A DNA stretch of 55,692 nt, the filler included, from Catajapyx aquilonaris (Eukaryota), in assembly GCA_000934665.2 (NCBI GenBank). It is 3 parts of 3 records of this genome, joined end to end, with 100 filler letters (N's around TTAATTAATTAA, not from the genome) between each part and the next. Parts side by side here need not be neighbours in the genome. Positions count along the whole stretch, not along the records: positions 24,807 to 40,186 come from JYFJ02007510.1; 2 more parts are not named here. One strand, 5' to 3'. Below the pieces are notes generated by a model. That model saw nothing but the letters and a program-made list of their open reading frames with translations, was not told the DNA's origin and did no database searches. This document shows, in pieces, positions 26,046-37,191 of the stretch. The stretch's first letter is position 1; the number at the start of each line of letters is the position of its first letter. Both the position numbers and the translations under genes were made by a program.

Positions 26046-28802
26046 TTATGTTGAATCACCATTGACAAATCCATATAAGCACCATTTGTACAATTCCTTT
26101 ACTAGCTTTTTATCCTGAGGGTCAATACCTAGTGATGACAACAGACTAGTTATGTCTTCCTGTGCATGCATAATCTTTATGAGACTGTTTGTAGCAATGT
26201 GATGCAACTCCAAGTCATAATACACATAAATCTTTCCACTGAATGTTACGTAAGCAAAGCAAGGTTCTGTTCTGCCAGGAGAAACAGAGTAGTGTCCTGC
26301 ACAGAAGGTGCTCACACTTTCTTCAAACTGAAACCGCACAGACACCTTCTCTTGGTTTACAATGTAGGTCTGGCCGTCCCACGAGCAGGCAATGATCTCA
26401 TCTCGGCCATCATTTGTCACATCCAATTTGGACAAGGCGAAGAGCTGGTGGTCAACTTGAAGGTTCCTATAAAGTATAATAAGACTGCAAGTTCCTTGAA
26501 AAGGAGAGCTACAGTAAAACTTCTATAAGTCGAACTTCCCTAAGTTGAAGTTCTCTATAAGCCGAAGAAAATTATGAGCTTGGTTGGTCACAATGTAAAA
26601 TAACTTAATAGGAGATAAACTTCCCTAACTCGAATTTCTATAACTCGAAGTGCAGGCAGGGCCTTACGATGGGAAATTGATGATTTTTCAGTCTCCCTAA
26701 GTCGAAGTTCATGTTGGCAAGTACGGAAAATTTTCTAATTTCCCAGCCGAAGGGTCGAGAGTAGGCCACATGTACAGAAAGGCTCTATCATGATTTCCGT
26801 CTACCGAAAGAAGTGCTTGACTCGATTGTGACAATTGAATCCTTTATTAAGAGTGAGAGCCAATCGAAGAGTAGGCAAATGTCCATAACTGATTTTTTTT
26901 ACAACAAAACAATGAGGAACATTGTAGTGTGATAGTGACAGTTATTTAAAAGTTTTGAACACCTTTCGTCGCTGGATGTAAAGGTCGGCTTCCTTATAGA
27001 GTTATGTGCTTAAAAAATTCAGAACTTAATTCGAATCATTTATAACTCAAAGTTTTTCTCTGGTCCCATGGAGAAGTTTGCTGTACATACAAAAATAAAC
27101 CTTTTGAGTGCTTATGAGCAATTCTGGTGAATGAGGGATTGGCAATGATTTTAGACAATAAGGTTTTCCTCTGTCTGGAATGGCCTTTTTTCTGTCTATC
27201 TAGATGTCTAGACTCTAAAACTCTTTTAATAATTCATACCTCGTTATCAGCCATCGGCTCTTTAGGGGGGAAGTTTGTCTTGCCTGGAACGCTTTGCTTT
27301 CATTTTACTGTGCTCTTTGGGATAGGATAGGGACGGAAGGAAGCGGCTGTGGCCTATTAATTACGGAAGCAACTCCGGAATTTTCCTGGAAGGACCGTGG
27401 GAAACCACAGAAAACCACGGTCAGAGTTGCCGGCCCCGGGATTCGAACCCAGGACCTCCCGATTAGCAGTCGGACGCCTTATCCACTATGCCAACCTGCT
27501 TCGGTAGACTCTAAGACTCTAGAGCAGTGGTTTTCAAACTGGGGGTACGTGAATGATTTTGGGCAATGGCGTCCGCTTTCTATATTTTGTGAGAACCATT
27601 ATCCTGATTCGCGCTAGAATACTTGGGACCAGGACCTTGGAACATAATCAAGTGGAAATATCGGTAGACGAGTGTGTAATATACCTATGCAATTTGTGTT
27701 CTGATACCTGTAGGGTAGTGTAAAAGGTGCTTGGGATTTTAAGATCTACTGAGGCAAATTTAACCTAGTTGACTTTTGCAATTTTGCCTCTATGATGGTG
27801 AGCATTGCATCTCAAAACCTATGCCATTACTGCTGGTCGGTGCTGGATTGAATGCTTCTATTGCCCAAGACATGCTACATAGAAACTCTGCAATAGAATC
27901 CTTACCACAGGATGTCTCCATCTTGTGCAAACATCAATGTTCCATCAAGAGTGGCAACAGCATATGGTGTTCCTTTGCCTTGTTTCTTCCCAGAACCTTG
28001 ATTGATATTTCCCTGTATCTCAGTGGATATGTTGGGATTTCTCATCCGTTTTGACGCCTGATTGTCAAACAGGAGTTCACTGAAAGATATCGTTTTGTGA
28101 ATATTGTTACAATAACATCTCCAATCCATTAACACCAATGCTTTCTATAAGAACAGAACAAGAATCCTACCTTGCCTTTTCATCCACAACGCTACTCTCA
28201 CCCAGTCTCTGGCACTTGAGTGGAACAAAGGTTCCACCAGGGTGGGCAACCAGGAGAGCCACACTTCCATCACTGGTCACATTCAGAGATATTGTGCCTA
28301 TCTGATGGCCAAACTCCCATTTGTCAATTCCTACCAAGCGGCCTCCACTGCCATCTTTCATCCACTGGTAGGTTCGAACCACTCGATCTGTCAAACCAAT
28401 TACCAATTCTGTCTTACCATCATCATTCACATCCTCTAGTAACATAACTTTGGTGTTAGCTGGGATCCTCTGAATGTGGACAGGTTTCATCTTGCCCTGC
28501 CCATCATCACTTGCCTCTACATCAAACACATGGCACCAACCATCTCCACTAAGAACCACCAATTCATTCCGCTGGCTGTTAAAAAGGTCCCCTACCCCCA
28601 CTGCAGTTATCATACCAAGATCTGATGCCTTTCGCCAGGGTAAACAGTTCTGACCCTTGAACACAGCTAGCTCTCCATTTGAGTTTCCCACTGCCAGTTC
28701 ATATCCACCATCATTGTCCACATCGCCTAAAGCCACTGCACCCTTTGAGACTGTCCCTTGGAAGTCAAATTCCAATCTATCAACAAATGAAACAGCTCTC
28801 AT
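26046..28802 (-). CDS. ITFG2: KICSTOR complex protein ITFG2 (FG-GAP repeat-containing 2)
   Basis: Three exons joined in phase 2 by GT-AG introns: 28802-28171 (MRAVSFVDRLEFDFQG..ALGDVDNDG..ELAVG..QRIPANTKVMLL.D..ELVIGLTDRVVR), 28079-27906 (NPNISTEI..AVATLDGTLM) and 26466-26046 (WNLQVDHQLFALSKLDVT.DG..EIIACSWDGQTYIV..VRFQFEESV..FCAG). Confidence 0.95.
26512..27083. mobile_element. pogo/Tigger-type MITE in ITFG2 intron 2
   Basis: TA|CAGTAAAACTTCT ... AGAAGTTTGCTG|TA with repeated TAAGTCGAA/TAACTCGAA subterminal motifs. Confidence 0.7.
27225..27504 (-). mobile_element. tRNA-derived SINE, family C, in ITFG2 intron 2
   Basis: Minus strand: CCGACTGCTAATCGG anticodon-like arm, box B GGTTCGAATCC, body GGTTTTCTGTGGTTTCCC..GGCCACAGCCGCTTCCTTCC. 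TSD TAGACTCTAA(A/G)ACTCT at 27209-27224 and 27505-27520. Homologous to 39348-39655. Confidence 0.88.
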
Positions 28803-29039
28803 GTTGTCTCAGTCACTTTCACTGCAGAATTCTGTGAAAAGAAAAATTATATTTAGGCCTAAAAGAAATCAGCCAATTTAGACAATACCAGCTTTTGAGT
28901 ACCTGCCTGAGATGCACATCTTCATTTACATTCAGGCAGCCTTTGGCTAGAGATTTCCTGGCCAAAGGTCACCTATGAGAATGTGCCTCACGTGCACCTA
29001 CCAGAAGAAATGCATGCAGTCCCTTTGACTCACCACGTT

Positions 29040-29540
29040 TTATTCAGAAGACAACAGGTTGATTGGCATGCGCTCAAGTGGTAGGATTGAGTTCAGCTTC
29101 TGCCAGCGTGCTGGAGGCCAGACAATGCGTGTGGCCTTAGCTGTTATAAGACCTACAGGGATGGGGCCAAAGTAGTTTGAATCCAATGAGTGGCCTCTAT
29201 GGTCTCCTTCCACCCAGCAGTGGCCAGTTGGGACTTGCAGTAGAGGAACCTTGTAGTCAAGTGTGTGAACCCAGTCACCTTCTAGAGCCACCACTCGCTT
29301 GATCATCAGCTGGCTAGGATCATGGGGACACCGGATGGAACACACATCACCGCGTTGCACCCTATAAGTTCGTATCGACAGCCTGCTCAGGTACACAAAA
29401 TCTCTGCGACCAAGGTCAGGATTCAGCAAAGGCTGCATGGACACTCCATCCACTCTGGCGACATATCCCACAAAGTCAGCAAACGACACTCCCAAAGGGA
29501 CACCATAGAGCAGAAGTTTAATCCCACTCCAAATCTTCAT
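29040..29540 (-). CDS. IMMP2L: Mitochondrial inner membrane protease subunit 2 (peptidase S26), intronless CDS
   Basis: ARVDGVSMQPLLNP (catalytic Ser), IKRVVALEGD (catalytic Lys), GHCWVEGDH..SLDSNYFGP..GL..A..IVWPP.RWQKL typical of IMMP2L. Likely start ATG 29540 just after acceptor TTGCAG at 29551; the ORF is open back to 29591. Confidence 0.95.
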   Translation of the reverse strand: MKIWSGIKLLLYGVPLGVSFADFVGYVARVDGVSMQPLLNPDLGRRDFVYLSRLSIRTYRVQRGDVCSIRCPHDPSQLMIKRVVALEGDWVHTLDYKVPLLQVPTGHCWVEGDHRGHSLDSNYFGPIPVGLITAKATRIVWPPARWQKLNSILPLERMPINLLSSE

Positions 29541-30130
29541 GCCCAACACCCTGCAAGCAATGTTGTGACCACAGTGTAAGTTTAAAATCATGAAACAACA
29601 GAGTGATTCTTCAAAATCCTTGCATCAAACACATTCAGTAGCCATGGTCTTTTATGTGAAGTTTGCCAGCTTCTTTCCACTGAATTTTGGGAATAAAGTG
29701 TAAACATGCTTCGCCAAGCACCTTCCATGCCAGATCTCCTCTTTCATTCCAGCGGAAGAAGGCAACAATATAACATAACATACCACAAAATGAATGTTAC
29801 CTTATGAATCTACCTCCATAATTTTTTAACTTATAGAAAAATTGCACCTTATTCACAGCAAATGCAATAGCCTACTTTCTTTTAATTTATCATCATGTTT
29901 CTTAAATTACTTCTTAAATCACGAGCCTTTAATAATTATCATTCCCATTTCATTCAGGCCAATTGTGATGTTGATACCATTCTCTGGTTGAAGCAATAAA
30001 CTGTCAATACAAAGTTGTGAAGAATATCATCACAGCACATGTGGGCCAGCTCATGGTGCAGGCCAGTCGTAAAACACATCACATTTTCTTAACCCGACCA
30101 CCCCTGGCTTAGTCCCAAATTCCAACTCAC

Positions 30131-30676
30131 CCAAGGCAGCGTAGCAGTCTTCAGAGACAATGTGCTACGAAAGTGATACTGGCAATAGCCTGTGTAGACT
30201 ACACTACACAGCGTAAGGATATGCTGCATGCAACCATCAAGTACGTGCTCTTGAAGGTAGGTCACAAGGTCGCCGCCATGTTTTTTCCGACTCAGACAGG
30301 GTTGCCAGCATCTCAATCACACACATATTTCACATGCAAATATTTAAGCCCTGACATCTATGGTTACTGTTCAATTATCCTGCTTATAAAATCTAGAAAA
30401 ATATTTTCACGTAATTTTAGCTGCGTACCTGTTCCTATCGCATATGAATAGTTACACTATAATAGTTATAACTAGTTATAGCTAATACCTGGTAACAGGA
30501 CAACAAAAGAGGCCTTGGGCAGATCGCCACCTTGCGAGTTTCGATAACAATCGTCACATTCTCCCGTTTCTCCGTGCCGTGCTCCGTGCTGTTCGAGGCT
30601 AACTGCTTCCCAAGTGCAGTACAGCTATTGAGCTGTAGCGTCTCATGTAGAAGTTGACTCGCTTCTATGTGGCACC
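30131..30676. promoter_or_regulatory. Putative bidirectional promoter and non-coding leader exon between IMMP2L/ITFG2 and SRP19
   Basis: Head-to-head genes; CpG-containing interval; minus-strand AACATGGCGG (YY1-like, also a 5-codon uORF 30279-30262); consensus donor G|GTGAGT at 30131/30130. TSSs cannot be read from sequence. Confidence 0.5.
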
Positions 30677-31292
30677 ATGACTTGGAATCCAGAGAAAAAG
30701 CATTCGGATCGAGAGAGGTGAGCCCAGAGGTTGTAAAATAGTCAAAGTGTAGAACCATATGTTGTGTTTTGCAGATGGATCTGCATCTACCCTGCCTATC
30801 TCAATAGCAAGAAAACTAAAGCGGAAGGCCGACGCGTCTCTAAAGAAAAGGTGGGTTGTGCCTCTTCAATGCAGTAACTTGTTCATGAAATGTGACTTCT
30901 TAGGCTGTGGAAAACCCGACATATCAAGAAATTCGTGATGTTCTGTCTGCTGGTGGCTTCAAAGTTGGAGTGGAAAACAAGATCTACTGCAGAGAGAAGA
31001 GCAAAGAGCTGCAGTACCGAGGTCGTGTAAGAGTCCAGTTGAAAAATGATGATGACACACCTGCGAATGAAAATTGTGTTACGCGTAAGCATTTGTGTAG
31101 AAACTTTTGACAAGATGAAGGCATATGAGCTGTATAAGCTGTTCACGTACTTGTTTTATTGTAGGAGATGATGTCCTGCTGTACATCTGTGAGATGATTC
31201 CCAAGTTGAAGTCGAGGGTGCAAAAGCTTGGTAGTGGTGAACAAGGACAATATGCAGGAGGTGCAAAGAAAAAGGGAAAAGGACGGAGATAA
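30677..31292 (+). CDS. SRP19: Signal recognition particle 19 kDa protein
   Basis: Exons 30677-30717, 30775-30850, 30904-31084 and 31165-31292 give MTWNPEKKHSDRERWICIYPAYLNSKKTKAEGRRVSKEKAVENPTYQEIRDVL..YRGRVRVQLKNDD..LLYICEMIPKLKSR..KKKGKGRR. AATAAA at ~31325. Confidence 0.97.
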
Positions 31293-31408
31293 TTGGCAAG
31301 GCAAGGCGTATTGTAGTTTGGTGCAATAAAATTGGAAGGGCGTGCAAGTGGTTTTGCGTTCACATTCAGTTACAAATAACATTGGGAGTGTAAGGCTGCA
31401 TTTACATT

Positions 31409-31730
31409 GAGCATTATAATAATAATCTGGGTTGTACTCGACCTCATTGCGAAGTATGTACCACAGGCCATTGTCATGCCTTTGTGTGCATTTTTGGAAC
31501 TTTTTATGAAGTGCCTGGGTCTGCAGGCAGGGGTGAGCGGGAGGGAGGTGCAAGGTGCAAGTGCAATGACTCGTACGGTTATTTTGTGCGTTCCCCTGAT
31601 TAGTAATCCCACCCGAAACAGAGCCATCAATGACTCAACTCTGCATGAGATGAATGGGGGGAATGCTTGGGATAAAACCCGGGACCCTTCCATCTGCGGG
31701 TGTGTACAGTGTTGGACATTAATCGTGGCA
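31409..31730 (-). mobile_element. Diverged family A SINE with (ATT)n tail
   Basis: Contains the GGTGCAAGTGCAATGAC and AACTCTGCATGAGATGAA motifs of family A; minus-strand end ...AACCCAG(ATT)n; degenerate box B. 5' boundary approximate. Confidence 0.7.
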
Positions 31731-32324
31731 TTCGAGGCACTGGTGGCTACCGACATTTTCTAAATAGGCAGAAGGAATCAAAGATAAAGATACTGCAAGC
31801 TGGGAGAGCAAGATTCCTTCTTCTGCCGCTTTGGAAAATGTCGCTAGTATGACTCGATTTATGTCCAACACTGTACGTTTCTGCCGCGGCACTCCACCTC
31901 CCGCATTGAGCATTATGCTGCTGCATCTTCTGAGAAGTCTATGGAGTGGATGCTCAGCTGCTGCAGCCTTGTTGCACATGTAAAACAACCTGTAGCCCCC
32001 TGCATAATGCTCAATAAGCTTTTTAATTTATCTGCCAGTGCAGCACTGTGTAGACCTGCATTCATATATTCAGGTGTAAGCTATTGTACATACTCTGATG
32101 GATAGTATAAGGCTATAATGTCACTACACTACCATACCACTAACACGACATTGGCTGTTAAATGAATAGGGCTAATGTATTGTAAATACTGCCAAGGGCG
32201 TAACTGTGTGTAAATGTGAATGAAAGTAACATTATTAGTAGCTGAAGGTAGTGAATTCAATAAAATTAACAGTAGCATGGCTGATCTTGCCTCTTGGGAT
32301 TCTTTCGGTTCGTAGAGAAGATTG

Positions 32325-32560
32325 GGGGAGGAGGGGGGAGGAGTGGTGCAGCGGTTGTTCCCTTTCTCGTCTCATGTGGAGTTTCATCACCTCTAGCGTT
32401 GTCTGGTGGAATCTCCACTACCACCAGGGGGACTGCACTTCTGGAACATCATACGTTTCCAGTTTCCATGGAGATGCCCCCACACAATAGGAATAAACGG
32501 TGTCCTGCGACTATAAATGACATTCACTTGCACCTGTACTCATGCCTGTGCTACTTCTCT
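32325..32560 (+). mobile_element. Old, internally rearranged family A-related SINE
   Basis: GGGGGAGGAGTGGTGCAGCGG head, TCTCATGTGGAGTT, hairpin followed by GGGGA, CATTCACTTGCAC motif; box B region missing. Confidence 0.5.
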
Positions 32561-32909
32561 GCCTGAAACCTGCTTTCACTCACAATACCTGGGTGTTACA
32601 GAAAAGGACCAAGCTTGTAGAACTACAAAGGCTCAGTTTGGAGTGCAGATGACAATAATTTTGGAGTGCAAATTGCACCTTTGCATCCGAATATTTCGAC
32701 CCCTGAAACTGTGTGGGGTTATTTTACTCCAATTTTGCAATTATATCCGAAATACAGTGAAAGAGCGGAAGTATGGCATGGCAAGAAATGGCACTTTTGT
32801 ATATTTGCATTCTGCAGGTGGGAAATGGAGTCATATTGGCTTTGCCAAACTGTAGCTTTTTTGGGGGCTGAGTCCTTAAAACTAGAGCTAATAAATAAAT
32901 AAGAAATAT

Positions 32910-33240
32910 GGGAGGTGTAGATGGCCGAGATGGTAACGTCTCGGCTTGCTGAGTGAAAGGCCCCAGGTTAGATCCCCGCCTGGGGAGTTCCCTTTCACCT
33001 GTGTCGGGAGGGTCTCTGACCTGCACCAAGGAGGTGTCTGGCCTGGGGAACAGCACATGGCCCAACGCTTGACATTCCACTTGGACCCATGTTCCCTCCC
33101 CAAAAATACCTATCCTTTCCCAATGTCCCCATTTCCTTGCACCGGAGATAGAAGTTGAATATATATATCATATAGAAAACTGATGGTGGTGTGTCACCCC
33201 CCTATAGATCCTGTAAGGGACATCATGAGGTAAACAAAAT
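32910..33240 (+). mobile_element. tRNA-derived SINE, family B
   Basis: GGGAGGTGTAGATGGCCGAGATGG (box A) ... GGTTAGATCCC (box B); collinear with 41496-41844; degenerate shared 3' stem-loop and A-rich end. Confidence 0.85.
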
Positions 33241-33338
33241 AAAATATTAAAATATAAAGAATATTAAGAAGTAAATGAACAGTTTCCAGCCTCTTTTATG
33301 AGGTATCAGTCTCTGGCTGTACCCCTTTACAGCCTTTA

Positions 33339-33465
33339 GGGCCGGTTTCACCGAGCTCAGTATATGATAAAACCAGGGTTCTTTCGCAAAATCCCTATCT
33401 ATTTGTATGGGATTTTCCTAAAGAAACCTGGTTTTATCATATACCAAGCTCGGTGAAACCGGCCC
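33339..33465. mobile_element. PIF/Harbinger-type MITE (copy 2)
   Basis: Near-identical to 5193-5317; TTA TSDs. Confidence 0.9.
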
Positions 33466-33623
33466 TTAGCAATAACAATAGATAGGCTATACAGAGGGAG
33501 ACAGTGGTTTAGGGCGATATATTATAATAGCTTAGGCTGCACCGGGCTGCACTAGCTATAACTGCTTGATAGCCGCTATGCTTATGAGTCATCTGTATAC
33601 AATCGATTGATAGTTTCTATCAA

Positions 33624-33637
33624 GTTACTATGGTGAC
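33624..33637. promoter_or_regulatory. RFX X-box upstream of TTC21B/IFT139
   Basis: GTTACTATGGTGAC fits the 14-bp imperfect-palindrome X-box (GTNNCYATRGNNAC); 140 bp upstream of the ATG of a ciliary IFT-A gene. Confidence 0.6.
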
Positions 33638-33777
33638 CGGCACAAACAAACCTATTCTATTTGTTCCTACGATGTTGTAGGTCAGTATTTTTGTTGGGGT
33701 TGGGATACTTTATATGTTACTTTTAGTTTATACGTTTACATCGCAAGTTTGAAGCGGGAATTGAACTTAACATCACC

Positions 33778-36454
33778 ATGGATAACTCTCAAATTTACAG
33801 GGTAGGTGCATTCGTCATTTTCAACTCGAAGGTGTTGTCAAAAAATTATATGCAGTTGAATCCGGATATACAACCACGACTGTGACAGAGTTTCGGTTAT
33901 AACAGACTCGAAAGGCGGGTCCCGCCATACTTCCATAATACACTGTATTTTTACTCCTGATATAACACTCATTTTCACCTCACAGTAACACTGTAACAGA
34001 CCATTTCTTGGCCCCTTCAAGGGAAAATACTTTTTTTCTAGTATAAAATTGGCAAAAAGGAGACGGCATAATTTTTGGGTGAGCTAATATTGAATTTTTG
34101 GTGGATTTCATCAATCAGTATGTAGTAGTGTGCATTATAGGCATATGGAAAGCAGAAAACTTTGTGTATTCGGTGCAAAAGTAGCGATTTGGCTATAACA
34201 TACCTCGGTTATAACTTTTTCTGCTGTCCCTTGAAATCTGTTATATCCGGAGTCAACTGTATATGCCCTTATCCTTCAGTTGTTAACCTTTCCCACCTGG
34301 TGGACATCTGTGTTCAGTTCTTGTAGTTCTTAATGATATGTATGGTTAACCATCACTCCAGTAATTGACCTGACTGTGGACATTTTATTGCACTGAAATT
34401 GTGTACAGGAAGTCCCTGGTTTACAGCGATCCGTACTTACGAACAGGCCCCCAAGGCTCCCCATAAAAATTATTTATAATATTATCCCTCCACTTTCAAT
34501 CACTTCTGCATACGTTGACCAATACCAAGTTCAACATAAATACTGTATAACTACTGTATATAACTAATAAATAATTGGGAAACTACGTTTTTCTTCTCAT
34601 GTAAACAAACACATGACGTAAGCAGTTTGTTGGAGCAGAATCTTGAGGCTCTATATGCGCTGTTCCTCAGGAATCCAAGTTACATACAAATCTGACTTAC
34701 AGACATTTTCAGGAACTTAAGCCTGTTCGTAGACCGGGGACTTCCAGTAATTAATAAATTATTCAGGAACTAAGTTCTCCTGCATGTGTAAACAAACACG
34801 CATGATGTAAGCGGTTTGTTGGAGCAGCATATTTATGCTGTATATATGCACTGTTCCTCATGGATTCGATTTATGTACAAATCCGACTTACATGTACATT
34901 TTCAGGAATGTAACCCCGTTTGCAGTCTAAGGGGCCTTCCTGTATGTGTTTTTTGTAGCACGACGTAGTGTAACCAAATTGTGGATTCCTTTCCCCCTCC
35001 ATGTACTATCGGCACAGAAATGGTCCGGACACTTGTCGATGGTCAGTCTATCCCCAAGTGGCCGGACCATTTCCGTGCCGATAGTACGCTCATGTATACA
35101 CTTGAATACCTCCCACCTGTCTGCATAATTTATAATTGATGGACGACCCCACAGGCATGGACAGATTGCAGTGTCTTAGTTAGGCAGAAGGACTTTGTGG
35201 ATTATACGGTGATGCACTCCCCAAGTCTCCAGTTCAAGAAGATGGATAGGGAAGTTATGGATTGTTTACCTCAGCAACCACTTTAGAGAGAAGAAGCAAT
35301 TGCAATAAGTGAGTGTGACCATGATTTTTTTTCCCAACATAATGCTTATAATTAAACATAGATATAATAAACAATCCATAGCTCTTTCCCCTACCCCCAT
35401 CTCAAACTTGAGACTTGTGTAGTGCATCACCCTGTATAGCAGTTAGGCATCAAAACCTGTCTATCAGATGGTAGTAAGGTGAGTTGCAGAAAGGGCCCCC
35501 TGTGCACATTTCCACCACCATAAAAGTAAGTCTCTTCTCTCTTGAACAACATAAGTTCCTGTGTGTCTGCCTAGTTGTCACAGGCTGTATAAAATAATCC
35601 TGCAGGATGTATGTATTTTTAACCTTCTAGTCTTATCACTGGAGGTAACTTAACCTCTGGGTAATGCATGTAAAAGAATAGAAGTGAACAACCAGTTACC
35701 CAAATGGGTAAGTTACCCAAGTGGATCAGACTGGGGGACTTGATACATATTTTATAATGTTGGCTAAGCTCTCTCCCAAATTTCTTTTGTCTCATTAACA
35801 GTTTGTGAATGAGAAATACATTACTTCCAATACTTTCAGAGTAAAATCTACTACTATTGTCGGGAGGGATATTTTCATGAAATGCAGAATACTGCACTTG
35901 AAGCCTTGAGTCGTTACTCCAATGATTTGGTATATAAGTACTTCTATGCCCTGTCACTTATACATCAAGAACGTATATCAGAAGCAATGAGAGAACTGGA
36001 ACCATTGCAGGTAATTACAAAGTTTACAATGTCAAGGCAAGAGTGTAATCAGCTTCATTGCAGAATGACCATGAGCTTGTAGTGGGAGTTATTCTTGCCC
36101 TTCTATATTGCCATCGATCCTACTCTGTGGTGGAGATGGAAGCAGTTACAAAGCTGGAAAAAAATCTGAAGGAGGAGAGAAAACGTTCAGGGACATCGGT
36201 TAGTGCTACATGTTTTACTACTTCCGAGTGGCATTGAAAATCAATACAATAGTTGTTTTACAGGCTTTGTACTATGCAGCAGTATTTTTGTACCAAGTTG
36301 AGAAGTATGACAAGGCAGAAGAATATTTGGAAAAGCTTATGAAGATCAATCAGAATTCAAATGATGCCAAAGCTCTACTTGGTTGGATTGCGTTGGTGTC
36401 ACCAGATGGAGATATGAAAACTGCTTATGATCACTTTGAATCTCTACTTTCAAG
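33778..36454 (+). CDS. TTC21B: TPR protein 21B / IFT139 (IFT-A), N-terminal four exons only
   Basis: Exons 33778-33801 (MDNSQIYR), 35840-36010 (SKIYYYCREGYF..RYSNDLVYKYFYA..EAMRELE), 36064-36198 (LALLYCH..EAVTKLE..KEERKR) and 36264-36454 (ALYYAAVFL..YDKAEEYLEKLMKI..LLGW) match the TTC21B N-terminus. No further exons recognised before the contig end at 40186. Confidence 0.9.
33853..34259. mobile_element. pogo/Tigger-type MITE in TTC21B intron 1
   Basis: CAGTTGAATCCGGATATA ... TATATCCGGAGTCAACTG|TA. Confidence 0.7.
34406..34942. mobile_element. Tigger-like MITE with duplicated 3' part
   Basis: TA|CAGGAAGTCCC ... GGGCCTTCCTG|TA; internal direct duplication ~34598-34748 / 34784-34942. Confidence 0.6.
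35207..35434. mobile_element. Tc1/mariner-type MITE
   Basis: GGTGATGCACT..CAAGTCTC..TATGGATTGTTTA mirrored by TAAACAATCCATA..GAGACTTG..AGTGCATCACCCTG|TA. Confidence 0.7.
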
Positions 36455-36487
36455 GTAGAATGAAGTTTGGTCATTTCGTCAGTTTTT

Positions 36488-36661
36488 AAGCTGCGCTAAC
36501 ATGTGAGCTATTTGACGAGCGATAACATCACTGAGTAACCCGAGTAACCAGTATTGTTTGAGGCGAAAATCGTTTGTTACTTTCACATCAAACCATATTG
36601 GTTACTCGGGTTACCCAGCGATGGTATCGCTTGTCAACTCGCTCCCGTGTAAATGCGGCTT
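36488..36661. mobile_element. Harbinger-like MITE
   Basis: GTAACCCGAGTAACCA mirrored by TGGTTACTCGGGTTAC; degenerate AGC(T/C)GC..ACA ends. Confidence 0.65.
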
Positions 36662-36844
36662 TCAATAGGCATCCTAGAATGCACTTCTGGAACCTCCCAC
36701 TTTTCAAATTTCTATGGAGATGTCCCCATGAAACAATAAGGGTAAACAGTGTTGACAAAAGAACGCTGTTGACTCACGTCAAAGAGTTCTGCTATACATA
36801 CAGGGTGTGCACAATGAACCTCCTTAGTTTTCAACTTGCTACTA

Positions 36845-37191
36845 CAGTGGAGCATCGATTATCCGAACAGAGTCTGCCCAGGGGGTGTTCGGATAACTGA
36901 TTGTTCGGATAACCGATCATTTAAGGAAAAAAATTGTACCGGTGTCATGGGAGCAATATGAAACTAAGAAACAGTGATATTAACCACAAAACTGTATATT
37001 TTCTGTCACAGGCACGTCTTAAAAATAACATATACCTTACTGTCCTTACATGAAGTAGTCCTACAGTTTAGGGGAAAAAAAGACCAATTTCTTTTGCGTG
37101 GGAGCCGAGGCTTTTTGTTTTTGCTGACCCGAAAACGGTCGGTTAACCGATGGTTCGGTTGATCGGTGTTTGGATAATCGATGCTCCACTG
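36845..37191. mobile_element. pogo/Tigger-type MITE
   Basis: TA|CAGTGGAGCATCGATTATCC ... GGATAATCGATGCTCCACTG|TA; perfect 20-bp TIR. Confidence 0.88.
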
